Origin: Actinomycetota bacterium
Lineage (GTDB): Bacteria; Actinomycetota; UBA4738; HRBIN12
Assembly: GCA_044865955.1 (NCBI GenBank)
Contig: JBIOTM010000172.1
Coordinates: forward strand, 1 to 60,567
Direction: 5' to 3'
DNA: 60,567 nucleotides
Part shown: positions 18,488 to 27,840 of the stretch, piece after piece
Layout of the letters: the number at the start of each line of letters is the position of its first letter
Position numbering within the stretch: position 1 is the stretch's first letter
The notes under the pieces: generated by a model
What the model was told of the DNA's origin: nothing
Seen by the model: only the letters and a program-made list of their open reading frames with translations
Databases searched by the model: none
Made by a program: the position numbers and the translations under genes

Positions 18488-18904
18488 ATGGCGGATCGGA
18501 ACGAGAGGATCATCGAGGAGTTCCGGGCCAACGGCGGCAGGGTCGGCGGGTACTTCGAGGGCGCGACGATGCTGCTGCTCCACACGAAGGGTCGCACGAC
18601 CGGCAGGGAACGCGTGAACCCGCTCGTCTACGTGCCCGACGGACCCAACCGATGGGTGGTCATCGGGTCGAAGGGCGGCGCCCCTCGGGACCCGGACTGG
18701 GTTCGGAACATCGAAGCGAACCCGGAGGCGACGATCGAGGTCGGCACCGAGACGATCGCCGTCAAGGCCCGGGTCGTCCGGGACGGTCCGGAGCGCGACG
18801 ACCTCTACGCGCGACAGGTCGCGCGCCGGCCGCCGTTCGCCGAGTACGAGGTGAAGACGAAGGGGATCCGGACGATCCCCGCCGTCGTGCTCGAGCGCGC
18901 CTGA
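18488..18904 (+). CDS. Deazaflavin (F420)-dependent nitroreductase-family oxidoreductase (Ddn/DUF385-like)
   Basis: NERIIEEFRANGGRVGGYFEG..LLLHTKGRTTGRERVNPL..GSKGGAPRDPDWVRNIEANP. ATG 18488 follows GAGGAGG (the track start is 18455). Confidence 0.8.
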   Translation: MADRNERIIEEFRANGGRVGGYFEGATMLLLHTKGRTTGRERVNPLVYVPDGPNRWVVIGSKGGAPRDPDWVRNIEANPEATIEVGTETIAVKARVVRDGPERDDLYARQVARRPPFAEYEVKTKGIRTIPAVVLERA

Positions 18905-18908
18905 GCGG

Positions 18909-20030
18909 CTACGCCGACGCGTCGGGGGTCGGGCTCACCTCGGCGGATCCCGGGTCGGTGACGTCGGGGTCGGGCACCGGCTCAGCGTCGGGACCGAGCA
19001 CCGGGTCGGCCGCGGTCGCGGCCGAGATCACCTCCGAGGGTGGCGAGTCGGCCCCGGCGTTCGTGGCGAAGACCCGGTAGTAGTACGTGGTTCCAGCCGA
19101 CAGGCCGGCATCGGTGTAGCTCGTGACGTCCTGACCCGTGGTCGCGATCGTGATCCATCCCGTCGCCCCGTCGGCCGAGCGCTCGACCCGGTACCCCGTC
19201 TCGTCGGCCACGTCGACCCACACCAGGTCGATCTCCGTGGACGAGGTCGCCGTCGCCGTCGCGGCGGTGGGCTCCGCCGGGTCGATCGCGGTCGTGGCCG
19301 AGACGACGTCCGACGGCGGAGCTTCGCCCGATCCCGTCACCGCCATGATCCGGTAGAAATAGGTCGTGCCGGAGGAGAGACCGGCGTCGACGTACGTCGT
19401 CACGTCGTGCTCGGTCGTCGCGATGGCGATCCATTCGGTCGCACCGTCGTCCGAGCGCTCGATCTGGTAGCCGGTCGCCGCCGGGACCTCGGCCCACACG
19501 AGGCCGATCGCCGTCGACGAATGAGGGACGGCGGACACCGAGGCCGGCACCGACGGATCGTCGGAGGTGGCCGTGGACGACGCTGCGGACGAACCGGGGG
19601 AGGGGGCGCCGGGGTGACCGTGGGTCGCCGATGCCCCCCGGCGCGGCGTGAGGTCGCCGGCGGGCGCCGAGATCGGATCGTTCCCGGCCGGGCCGACCGA
19701 TGAGGTCGGATGCCCGGCCGGATCCAGGCGCAGCACCGGCACGACCACGCCGATCGCGGACGTGACCACCCGTCGAGCGCCCGGGATCGCCTGCGCCACG
19801 CCCGCGAACGCGACGGCCGCGGCCAGCGTCACGCCGACGAGCCTGCGTGGTGCGCTCCGACGAGCCGCCCCGACGGTGGCGAAGGCGGCCGACGTCCCCC
19901 AGAGCTCTTCGAGCTCCCAGATCTCCCTGTCGGTCCGGTAGCGCCGGACGGCCGCGAAGATCGCGAAGAGACCCACGACCAGGAGGTTCAGGGCGAGGAT
20001 GCCCGCGAGGGTCCAGACCACCACCTTCAA
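18909..20030 (-). CDS. Membrane-anchored protein with two fibronectin type III repeats
   Basis: One N-terminal TM helix (VVVWTLAGILALNLLVVGLFAIFAAV). Two repeats of about 90 aa (..GYQIERSDDGATEWIAIATTEHDVTTYVDAGLSSGTTYFYRI.. and ..GYRVERSADGATGWITIATTGQDVTSYTDAGLSAGTTYYYRV..). TTG at 20030 follows AAGGTGGGGG. The start is uncertain, and the track ORF extends to 20447 in R/G/P-rich sequence. Confidence 0.6.
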   Translation of the reverse strand: MKVVVWTLAGILALNLLVVGLFAIFAAVRRYRTDREIWELEELWGTSAAFATVGAARRSAPRRLVGVTLAAAVAFAGVAQAIPGARRVVTSAIGVVVPVLRLDPAGHPTSSVGPAGNDPISAPAGDLTPRRGASATHGHPGAPSPGSSAASSTATSDDPSVPASVSAVPHSSTAIGLVWAEVPAATGYQIERSDDGATEWIAIATTEHDVTTYVDAGLSSGTTYFYRIMAVTGSGEAPPSDVVSATTAIDPAEPTAATATATSSTEIDLVWVDVADETGYRVERSADGATGWITIATTGQDVTSYTDAGLSAGTTYYYRVFATNAGADSPPSEVISAATAADPVLGPDAEPVPDPDVTDPGSAEVSPTPDASA

Positions 20031-20116
20031 CGGCCCCCACCTTATCCCCGGGGGTCCTCGCGGGCACAAGTCGGTCGGATGTCCGGTATCTGCGTTGCGA
20101 CGAAGGGAAACGCGCC

Positions 20117-20581
20117 TCAGGCGGCCGTCGCCGCGAGGACGTTCGGGACGGTGTCCTCGGGCGTGACGCGGTACCACGCTCGCTCGATCCGCCCGTCCTC
20201 GCCGACGAGGAACGACGACCGCAGGATGCCCATGAACCTCCGGCCGCCCCGCTCGCGTTCGACCCACGTCCCCCAGGCCTCGCCCGCGGCATGGTCCTCG
20301 TCGGCAAGCAGCGGGAAGCCGAGCGAGTACTTCCGATCGAACGCGAGCTGCTTCGCCGGCGCGTCGGGCGAGATGCCCACGACGTCGAGCCCCAGGCCGG
20401 CCAGCTCCTGCCGATGGTCCCGCAGGTCGCACGACTGGACCGTGCACCCCGGCGTGTCCGCCTCCGGGTAGAAGTAGACGAGGAGCTTCCGTCCCCGGTA
20501 GTCACCGAGCCGGACGGTGTCGCCGTGCTGATCGAGGAGCGCGAAGTCGGGCGCCGCGTCTCCCGGTTCGAGGGTCGCCAC
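20117..20581 (-). CDS. bcp: Thiol peroxidase Bcp (peroxiredoxin)
   Basis: PDFALLDQHGDTVRLGDYRGRKLLVYFYPEADTPGCTVQSC. GTG start at 20581. The longer track ORF would overlap the upstream gene. Confidence 0.85.
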   Translation of the reverse strand: MATLEPGDAAPDFALLDQHGDTVRLGDYRGRKLLVYFYPEADTPGCTVQSCDLRDHRQELAGLGLDVVGISPDAPAKQLAFDRKYSLGFPLLADEDHAAGEAWGTWVERERGGRRFMGILRSSFLVGEDGRIERAWYRVTPEDTVPNVLAATAA

Positions 20582-20607
20582 GGCTCCACTGTAGCCGGGG
20601 CGTCGCC

Positions 20608-21699
20608 TCACGCCACGGCGGCGCCCAGCGCAGCGATCGCGAGGTGCTCGTGGATCTGGAGGAACGCGTCCACCACGTCGGGGTCGAACTGGACGCCGCG
20701 CTGCTGCCGGATCTCGGCGATCGCTTCGTCCAGCGGCCATGCCTGCTTGTACGGACGCTCATGGGTCAGGGCGTCGAACACGTCGGCGACGGTGGTGATC
20801 CGCCCGACCAGCGGGATGTCCCCACCGGCGATGCCGGCGTAGCCGTTCCCGTCCCACCGCTCGTGATGTGACCAGGCGACCTCTTCGGCCATCTGCATCA
20901 AGGGCGACCGGCTTCCCGACATGATCTTGGCCCCGATCGCGGTGTGGGTCTTGACGACCTCGAACTCCTCGACCGTCAGCTTGCGCGGCGCGAGGAGGAT
21001 GTCGTCGGGAACCCCGATCTTCCCCACGTCGTGGAGCCCGGCGGCGCGCTCCAGCCGCTGGACGAGCTCGACGGTCAGTCCCAGCTCCTCTGCCAGCATC
21101 GACGCCATCTTCCCGACCCGTCGGGTGTGCTGCCCGGTGTCGTCGTCCCGATACTCGGCGGCGAGCGCCAGGCGCTCGAACGCCTCGATGTGGGATTCCT
21201 CCAGTTCGAGGGTCCGCTCGCGGACCCGCTCTTCCAGCTGGACGTTCTGGTCCCTCAGCTGCAGGTTGAGGGACCGGATGTCGAGCATGTTCGCGATGCG
21301 GAGCAGCACCTCGTCGACGTCGAACGGCTTCGTCAGGAAGTCCCGTGCCCCCGCTCGGAGCGCATGCCGCTTGACCTCCTGGGTCGCGTCGGCCGTGAGG
21401 ACCAGCACCGGCAGGTACTGATCCGAGGGCACCACGGACCCCAACCGCTCGAGGATCTGGAATCCATCGAGGACCGGCATCATCAGGTCCAGCAGCAACA
21501 GGTCCGGCTCGAACCCCTCGACGAGGTCGAGCACCTTCCGGGGGTCGGTCGTGGAGACGACGTTGCGGTATCCGGCCCGCTCCAGGATCCGCTCCATGAG
21601 CAGGACGTTCGGCTCCTCGTCGTCAACGACGAGGATCCGAGCGTCCGCCAGCTGCGCCTTCTCGGGCATGCCCGTGCCTCCGGCTGCGGTATCGGTCAT
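20608..21699 (-). CDS. Response regulator with HD-GYP-type c-di-GMP phosphodiesterase domain (RpfG-like)
   Basis: REC domain ([27 protein letters not shown]) plus HD-GYP region ([25 protein letters not shown]). The third element reads GYA rather than GYP. 4-nt overlap with the upstream kinase. Confidence 0.85.
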   Translation of the reverse strand: MTDTAAGGTGMPEKAQLADARILVVDDEEPNVLLMERILERAGYRNVVSTTDPRKVLDLVEGFEPDLLLLDLMMPVLDGFQILERLGSVVPSDQYLPVLVLTADATQEVKRHALRAGARDFLTKPFDVDEVLLRIANMLDIRSLNLQLRDQNVQLEERVRERTLELEESHIEAFERLALAAEYRDDDTGQHTRRVGKMASMLAEELGLTVELVQRLERAAGLHDVGKIGVPDDILLAPRKLTVEEFEVVKTHTAIGAKIMSGSRSPLMQMAEEVAWSHHERWDGNGYAGIAGGDIPLVGRITTVADVFDALTHERPYKQAWPLDEAIAEIRQQRGVQFDPDVVDAFLQIHEHLAIAALGAAVA

Positions 21700-23831
21700 C
21701 CCTCCGACCGCCTTGACCTCGCCGGCGCCGTCGTCGAACGGGCCCGGTCACCGTTCCCGTCCGTCGGCGCCTCGCCCGGCGCGACCGCCAGGGAGAGCTC
21801 GACCGTGAACGTGCTCCCCCGTCCCAGGGTGCTCTCCACGTGGAGCGCGCCGCCCATCAGCTCCACGAGCTGCTTGGACAGCGCCAGGCCGAGTCCCGTG
21901 CCCTCCACCCCGATCCGCTCGACCCCCAACCGCTCGAACGGAACGAACAACCGTTGCAGCTCCTCGGGCGAGATCCCCGTCCCGTCGTCGCTCACGTCGA
22001 CGCGGAGCCGGCCGTCTCCGACCGACCGCGTGGACACCCGCACCCCGCCCCCATCCCGGTTGTACTTCACGGCGTTGGAGAGCAGGTTCAGGAAGACCTG
22101 CTGCAGGCGCTGGGGATCCGCGACGACGTGCGGGTCGCCCTCGGCCAGCGGGCCCAGGTCGATCCGCACGTTCCGCTTCTCTGCCAGCGGCCGCACCAAG
22201 GCCACGGCGTCGTGGAGGAGGCCGTGGGGACCGACCGGCTCCAGTGACAGCTGCATCCGTCCCGCCTCGATCCGCGCGATGTCCAGCACCTCGTTGATCA
22301 GGTCCAGGAGATGGTTCCCACCCCTCATGATCTGGCGCACGGCCTCGCTCTGCTCGTCGTCGAGGTCGTCCATCTCCAGGAGCTGACCGAACCCAAGGAT
22401 CGCGTTGAGCGGCGTGCGCAGCTCATGGCTCATCCGGGAGAGGAACTCGCTCTTCGCCCGGTTGGCTCGCTCGGCCTCGCGTCGCGCCTCGTCCAGCCAT
22501 CGCTGCCGCTCGACGAGCTCGTGGTTCGCCGCGTCGAGCTGCGACGTGCGGTCACGCACCCGTCGCTCGAGATCGGCGTTCACGTCGCGGAGCTCCTCCT
22601 CCGCCCGCTTGAGATCCGAGACGTCGTGCATGACGCCCTGCAGGAACAGCGGACGACCGTCCTCCCCCCGGACCACGACCCCCTGGTCCCGGAACCACAC
22701 GACGCGACCGTCGTGCGCGAACATGCGGTACTCCGAGTGGAGCGGTTCCCCCGTCCGCCGGCTCCGGGCCTCGTCGGCGATCGCGCCGGCGCGATCGTCG
22801 GGGTGGAGCTGCTGCCACCACAGGTCCGGCTCGGCCATCCACCGGTCCGCCGGGAACCCGAGCATCGGCTCGATCTGGGGGCTGACGTATCGCCACTTGC
22901 CCTTCTCGCCGAAATCGGCCTCGTACACGATCGCCGGCAGCTGTTCCACGAGCGTCCCGTACTTCTTCTCCAGCACGTCTCGGAGCGTGGCCTCGGCCTC
23001 CCGCAGGGATGCCTCCGACCGCTTGCGCTCCGTGATGTCGTGCACGAAGGCGATGAAGCTCGTCGACTCGCCGACCTGGAGGGCCGAGATCGTCACCTCC
23101 ACCGGGAACTCGTGCCCGTCCCGATGCAGCGCGTCGAGCTCGATCCTCGAGTCCAGGACCGGCCCCTCGCCGGTCGCCAGGAAACGCTCGAACCCGATCC
23201 GGTGAGCCTCGCGGTACCGCTCCGGGATCACCGTCTCCGCCAGGACCCGGCCGATCGCCTCATCGCGCGACCATCCGAACGTCGCCTCGGCCGCGCGGTT
23301 CCAGTCGGTGATCGATCCGCCCGTATCCATCCCGACGACGGCCTCGCTCGCCGTCTCGATGATCGCGGCGGTTCGCTGCTCCCCCTCTCGCAGCGCGAGA
23401 TCACGGTGGGTCTGGGCCAGGGCCAGCTCGTCCCGGAGGGCGGACCGGAGGCGGACCACGATCGTGCCCATGACCAGCCCGATCCCGACGAAGAAACCGA
23501 GCCTGGCGAGCCAGTCCATGAGGTGCTGAGGCGTACCCGCGGCCACGTCGGCCGGCAGGAGCGGGCCGGCGACGAGACCCGCCGCCACCGCGGTGACGGC
23601 CGCTCCGGCGAGGCCGAACCGCGCTGCGGCGAGGAGGATCGGGACGTAGAACCAGTGCGGCGGAACCCGTCCGGCGCCCCCAAGCGCGTAGCTGACGACC
23701 CACGAGAGAGCGACGAGCGCGGCCACGATCGCGAGGGCGCGACCGAACGAGGACTCGCCCTGCGCCCGGATGGCCCGGGACGTCCATCCGGAGCCCGGCC
23801 GCTCCGATGCGTCGTTCCCAACGCCGCCCAT
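21696..23831 (-). CDS. Membrane PAS-domain sensor histidine kinase
   Basis: N-terminal TM helices, two PAS-like segments, H-box [15 protein letters not shown], and HATPase ([26 protein letters not shown]). Confidence 0.85.
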   Translation of the reverse strand: MGGVGNDASERPGSGWTSRAIRAQGESSFGRALAIVAALVALSWVVSYALGGAGRVPPHWFYVPILLAAARFGLAGAAVTAVAAGLVAGPLLPADVAAGTPQHLMDWLARLGFFVGIGLVMGTIVVRLRSALRDELALAQTHRDLALREGEQRTAAIIETASEAVVGMDTGGSITDWNRAAEATFGWSRDEAIGRVLAETVIPERYREAHRIGFERFLATGEGPVLDSRIELDALHRDGHEFPVEVTISALQVGESTSFIAFVHDITERKRSEASLREAEATLRDVLEKKYGTLVEQLPAIVYEADFGEKGKWRYVSPQIEPMLGFPADRWMAEPDLWWQQLHPDDRAGAIADEARSRRTGEPLHSEYRMFAHDGRVVWFRDQGVVVRGEDGRPLFLQGVMHDVSDLKRAEEELRDVNADLERRVRDRTSQLDAANHELVERQRWLDEARREAERANRAKSEFLSRMSHELRTPLNAILGFGQLLEMDDLDDEQSEAVRQIMRGGNHLLDLINEVLDIARIEAGRMQLSLEPVGPHGLLHDAVALVRPLAEKRNVRIDLGPLAEGDPHVVADPQRLQQVFLNLLSNAVKYNRDGGGVRVSTRSVGDGRLRVDVSDDGTGISPEELQRLFVPFERLGVERIGVEGTGLGLALSKQLVELMGGALHVESTLGRGSTFTVELSLAVAPGEAPTDGNGDRARSTTAPARSRRSEG

Positions 23832-23954
23832 CTTCCCTACATCGGACCCATCCGAACCCCCCTTGACCTGGCCGTTCGGGCACGCGCGGGATGGGTTGGG
23901 GCGGCTCGCTCCCGGCTTGTGGGGCCTCAGGCGCTTCGGGCATCATCTGTCGCT

Positions 23955-25270
23955 GTGAGCGCCCGGAAGACGGCTGCGAAGAACCTCGCTCGCTCGACGC
24001 GCCCCAAGAAGACAGCCGAGGGGACCTCGCTCGCGGTCGTGCTCTTCACCGACATGGAGGCGTCGACCACGCTGAAACGGACGGTCGCCGCGCGCTCGGA
24101 CGAGCACGCGTACCAGCACCTGCGTGAGCGCCACGACGACCTCGTCGCCGACGTGATCACCCGCGACGGCGCGGGCGAGGTCGTGAAGTGGACCGGGGAC
24201 AGCGTGCTCGCGCTGTTCCGCACGCCGTCCACCGCGGTCGAGCGCGCGCTCGCGATCCAGGAAGAGACCCGCAAGCACCCTCCGCTCAACGTCCGGATCG
24301 GGATCGACATGGGCGAGGTGCGGGTGACGTCGGCGGCCGGACGGATCACCGACGTGTTCGGGGCACACGTGGACGGCGCCGCCCGCGCGATGGCGCTCGC
24401 CGACGGCGGGCACGTCTGCGTGACCGCCCCCGTCCATCAGGACGCCTTCAACTGGATCACGAAGAGCAAGATCGCGTGGAAGAAGCACGGCCTCTACCGC
24501 GCGAAGGGCGGCGACCCGCCGCTCGACGTCTACGAGCCGTACAACGCGAACCAGGATCGCCCCATGCGCCGGCTCCGGGGCGAGCGGATCGAGCCGAAGC
24601 CGAAGGCCGCCGGGACCGTCACGGCCGGCGTGCGGAAGAAGGACGAGGCTCCCATCGAGGGGCACCGCCTCCAGCTGATCCGACCGTGGGAGGCCGTGGC
24701 CCGCGACGGGCACGACTTCGCCGTGACCGGCGCGGGCACGATGTACTGGTTCAAGGTCCCCCTCGGAGGGCTGTCCTACCCGACGGCTTCCGTCACTTCC
24801 TGCAGCCGGGGCTGGAGAACGAGCGGATCGGCAAGATCCGGTTCGTCCTCGACTCCACCAACCCGACGGTCGCCCAGGTCTGGGACAAGGCCGTCGTCCC
24901 GCTCCTGCACCGGTGGGCCGATCAACGGTCGGTCTCTTCACGGTGGGAGGAGGACCCCGACCGAGGCAGCGTGTGGTTCGAGGTCCCAGGCGGTCGCGAG
25001 CGTCAGCTCGCCTGGGTGTTCGTGGACCTCTCCGCCGAGTTCACGCCCTGCTTCAAGCTCTTCGTCGACGATCCCGACGACCCCGTGGTGGCGGAGGAGT
25101 CCGCCCAGATCTTCCTCTCGACGGCGAACCGCATGATCCGGCTCGACGACGGGAGCCAGCACCAGATCCGGATCCCGGACGCGGTGCTGCGGGTCCGTGC
25201 GGGGTCGGACTCGGCGTTGATGCACGCGCTGAACGCCGTGGCGAACCAATGGGATTCGCTCTTCTGGTAG
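23955..25270 (+). CDS. Class III cyclase domain fused to an unrecognised C-terminal domain of about 230 aa. The reading frame is broken near 24778 (apparent 1-nt indel: pseudogene or sequence error).
   Basis: Frame 0 (part of track ORF 22311..25136) gives LAVVLFTDMEASTTLKR..VVKWTGDSVLALF..RIGIDMGEV..GAHVDGAARAM, continuing to ..YWFKVPLGGLSYP, and then turns S/R/P-rich. Frame 2 (track ORF 24188..25270) is junk upstream, then reads DGFRHFLQPGLENERIGKIRFVLDSTNP...ANQWDSLFW. GTG 23955 is the proposed start. Confidence 0.65.
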
Positions 25271-25329
25271 ATGGGCCCCCCGGACCCTCTGGCCTGCTCG
25301 CGGTCCCGCGTTTCGACTAGGGTTATCGG

Positions 25330-25524
25330 GTGACCGATACGAACGTGTACCGGACCGAGTCCGGGAAGATCTTCCGGGTGTCGCAGAACCTCGAAGGACA
25401 CCTCTCCGTCGAGATCCTCGAGGCCACCCGATGGGTGGCCGCCCAGATCGGGATGGTGGGGCTGCGGGTGGCCCCCAACACCGTCCGGTTGACGGCCCGA
25501 GAGGTGCTCAAGCTCCCCGTCTAG
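25330..25524 (+). CDS. Hypothetical 64-aa protein
   Basis: High GC3 and non-biased composition (MTDTNVYRTESGKIFRVSQNLEGHLSVEILEATRWVAAQIG..). GTG start with a weak SD. No family recognised. Confidence 0.4.
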   Translation: MTDTNVYRTESGKIFRVSQNLEGHLSVEILEATRWVAAQIGMVGLRVAPNTVRLTAREVLKLPV

Positions 25525-25526
25525 CG

Positions 25527-25970
25527 TCAGAAGTCGAACCGGCCCTCGAAGTGCTCGCCGACCTCGGGGCGCGTCAGCTGGTAGAGCGCGACGCGGTGCC
25601 CGCCGCGGGCCCGGAACGAGCAGCACGGCCCGTGGGGGATCTCGAAGGACCGCTCGCGCGGCCAGCCTCGGTCCTCGAGGTCGGCGAGCGCGGCCGGGAG
25701 GTCGGGAACCCGGTAGACGAGGATCGGCCGTTCGCCCTCGAGGTGATCGGTGAGCAGCAGGAGCGGTGGCCCGTCGGTCAGCCGGACGGCCGCGACCCGG
25801 GTGCCCATCCCGTCGATGGCGAAGGCGATCCGGCCGCCGAGCACGTCGGCGAAGTAGCGGGCATCGGCGGCGACGTCCTCGCTCGGCACGTAGAGGAAAT
25901 CGAGCTGTTCGAACGGAACGGACGATGTCGGTGGTGCCACGAGCGCAGAGCCTACGGGGTCCCACACCAC
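25527..25970 (-). CDS. VOC/glyoxalase-family protein
   Basis: 147 aa, with FLYVPSEDVAADARYFADVLGGRIAFAI..ILVYRVPDLPAALADLEDRGW..FEIPHGPCCSFRARGGHRVALYQ. Confidence 0.65.
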   Translation of the reverse strand: MVWDPVGSALVAPPTSSVPFEQLDFLYVPSEDVAADARYFADVLGGRIAFAIDGMGTRVAAVRLTDGPPLLLLTDHLEGERPILVYRVPDLPAALADLEDRGWPRERSFEIPHGPCCSFRARGGHRVALYQLTRPEVGEHFEGRFDF

Positions 25971-26116
25971 TCCTCGGCGAGCCGCAGATCGCAGTACTCA
26001 CCGTCGGGCTACATCACATCCATGCGCAGGCATGGCTCCGTGTCGGTGTGGGTATCGAGGGATCGGACGCCTTCGGGCGGTGTCCGAGGCCGGGGGTCGA
26101 TCGAAAGGAGGACGGC

Positions 26117-26392
26117 ATGACGATCGGAGAGGTGCTCGGCTTCCTGCTGGTCGGGTGCATCGTCGGTCCCATCGCCCGGTTCATCGTCCCGGGTGACGAC
26201 CCGATGCCGATCTGGATGACGATCGTGATCGGCGCCGTGGGTGCGTTCCTCGGCGGCTGGCTGCTGGCCGAGGTGATCACGCCGCACAACAAGGGTGTCC
26301 CCTGGATCGCCGCGATCCTGGCGGCCGCCGTCCTCGTCGTGGTCGTGCGCCTGTTCCGGCGCGGCACGACGGGCGCCCGGCGGATCGCCTGA
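26117..26392 (+). CDS. GlsB/YeaQ/YmgE-family (transglycosylase-associated) stress membrane protein
   Basis: ATG 26117 follows AAGGAGGA. The sequence is MTIGEVLGFLLVGCIVGPIARFIVPG..PIWMTIVIGAVGAFLGGWL. Confidence 0.8.
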   Translation: MTIGEVLGFLLVGCIVGPIARFIVPGDDPMPIWMTIVIGAVGAFLGGWLLAEVITPHNKGVPWIAAILAAAVLVVVVRLFRRGTTGARRIA

Positions 26393-26395
26393 CCC

Positions 26396-26689
26396 ATGAC
26401 CGGCGGGCTCCGGCGGATCGGCGACCAGGTCGAGGTGGCGGTCCAGGAGGTCGAGGACTTCCTGGACTCCCCCGCGGGTCGCCGACTCCGGGGCCTGCTG
26501 GCGGCAGGCGCGATCGTCGGCGCCCCGCTGCTCTTCCGGATCCCGCTGCTGAAGCGCTACCCGTTGCTTCGTGCGCTCGAGCTTCTCGGCGGCGCGGCGC
26601 TGGTCGTGAAGTTCGCGGAGGCGTTGCGAGACTGGGAGCCCGCGTCCCGCCGTGCGATCGTGGTCGACGTCCCTCCGGCCCCTCGGTAA
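26396..26689 (+). CDS. Hypothetical 97-aa protein
   Basis: Starts 3 nt after the glsB-like stop. Plausible composition with one hydrophobic stretch. No family recognised. Confidence 0.4.
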   Translation: MTGGLRRIGDQVEVAVQEVEDFLDSPAGRRLRGLLAAGAIVGAPLLFRIPLLKRYPLLRALELLGGAALVVKFAEALRDWEPASRRAIVVDVPPAPR

Positions 26690-26714
26690 CGCGCTCCCCC
26701 CGGCCGCCACCCCG

Positions 26715-27710
26715 TCAGACCTCGGTCTCGGTGTGCTCGTGGTACTCGTACGCCGACATCGCCTTGCCGGCGGACCGCCACTCCCGCTCCCGATCCGACA
26801 GCTTCCCGAGCGCCTTCGCCATCGCCCGCACGTGCTCGGCGACCGAGCCGCAGCACGACCCGATGTATCGCACGCCGGCGTCGCGCGCACCCGAGGCGAA
26901 CGCGGCGAGGTCGCCACGCGGGAGTGTGATCGGCGTCAGGGCGTACGGGAAGCTCGGCGTCGACGTGAAGTCGGGCTCTCCCTCGGTGGTCGCGTACGCG
27001 ACGGGCTGCGACGCGACGGGCGTGCTCCCGATCGCCTCGACCATCTCGACGGCGATGGGGAGCTGCTGCCGCGGGCCGTTCAGGCAGTTCACGCCGACCA
27101 CGTCGGCGCCGGCGCCGGCGAGCCGCCTCGCGCACTCCCCCGGCGGGTCGCCCTCGTACGCCCGCGCCGGCAGCTGCTCGAACGACATGGTGACCATGAC
27201 GGGCAGGCCGGTCGCCTTCGCGCGCTCGACGAACAGGAGCGCCTCCCCGAGGTAGGAGAAGGTCTCTCCGATCCAGAAGTCCGGCGGTCCGGCGTCGAGC
27301 TGGTCCTGCAGCTGCCGGTCGAACAACGACCGGACGTGGTCGGGGCTCGCGGGGTCGGCGGGATCGTACGCCCACGTGAGCGAGAGGTTGCCCGCGACGA
27401 GCGCGTCCCCCTCGGCCGCCACCTCGCGCGCGATCCAGACCGCGTTCCGGTTGATCTCGTCGACCCGACCCTCCAGGCCGACGGTCGAGAGCTTGTCGTC
27501 GCTCGCGTAGAAGGTCATCGTCTGCAGGACCTCGGCGCCCGCGCGGAGGAACTCCCGATGCAGCTGCGCGAGGGCGTCGGGATGCTCGATCACGACCTCG
27601 GGGGTGAACGGGCCGGCCTGCACGTACCCTCGCTTCTCGAGCTCCAGCAGGTAGCCGCCATCGCCCAGGACGGGGCCGTCGGCCAGGCGCTCCAGGATCC
27701 CCTTCGGCAC
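26715..27710 (-). CDS. Homocysteine S-methyltransferase-family protein (betaine-homocysteine methyltransferase-like)
   Basis: ILERLADGPVLGDGGYLLELEKRGY.., VVGVNC and YIGSCCGS (zinc-Cys motifs). GTG 27710 follows GAGGAGGG. The track ORF extends to 28106 in low-complexity sequence. Confidence 0.8.
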   Translation of the reverse strand: MPKGILERLADGPVLGDGGYLLELEKRGYVQAGPFTPEVVIEHPDALAQLHREFLRAGAEVLQTMTFYASDDKLSTVGLEGRVDEINRNAVWIAREVAAEGDALVAGNLSLTWAYDPADPASPDHVRSLFDRQLQDQLDAGPPDFWIGETFSYLGEALLFVERAKATGLPVMVTMSFEQLPARAYEGDPPGECARRLAGAGADVVGVNCLNGPRQQLPIAVEMVEAIGSTPVASQPVAYATTEGEPDFTSTPSFPYALTPITLPRGDLAAFASGARDAGVRYIGSCCGSVAEHVRAMAKALGKLSDREREWRSAGKAMSAYEYHEHTETEV

Positions 27711-27840
27711 GCGAACCCTCCTCGGACGCAGCCCGAGTCTAGGGAGGCGGCGCGGGACGCGGAACGGACCGGGACGACCACGGGTCACGTCCGGACGAGC
27801 CGGGCTTGTGGGGAACCGACGCTGATGGTTCAGTGGCGCG

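Noticed and set aside
22311-23954. N-terminal part of track ORF 22311..25136
   Set aside because: It is antisense to the PAS histidine kinase and has low-complexity R/P/L/E/D composition. Only the part from GTG 23955 onward looks like protein (cyclase domain).
24765-24790. Programmed ribosomal frameshift at the cyclase gene break
   Set aside because: There is no slippery heptamer and no obvious downstream stimulatory structure. A simple indel in a C-run explains it.
23955-25524. Pycsar-like (cyclase plus effector) antiphage system
   Set aside because: The cyclase keeps the purine-type Lys. No neighbouring gene has a cyclic-nucleotide-binding, TIR or multi-TM effector domain. The downstream 64-aa ORF is too small and is not hydrophobic. 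The context is housekeeping signalling rather than a defence island.
26020-26055. Inverted repeat CCATGC-GCAG-GCATGG and a GGGTAT box upstream of the GlsB/YeaQ-like gene, as a possible SigB/SigF-type stress promoter
   Set aside because: Only the -10-like hexamer is present, with no convincing GTTT-type -35 at the right spacing. The 6-bp arms are short enough to occur by chance.
27711-27840. SAM or cobalamin riboswitch upstream of the homocysteine methyltransferase-like gene
   Set aside because: I could not recognise any conserved riboswitch core in the 130-nt divergent region. A covariance-model scan (Rfam/Infernal) would be needed.
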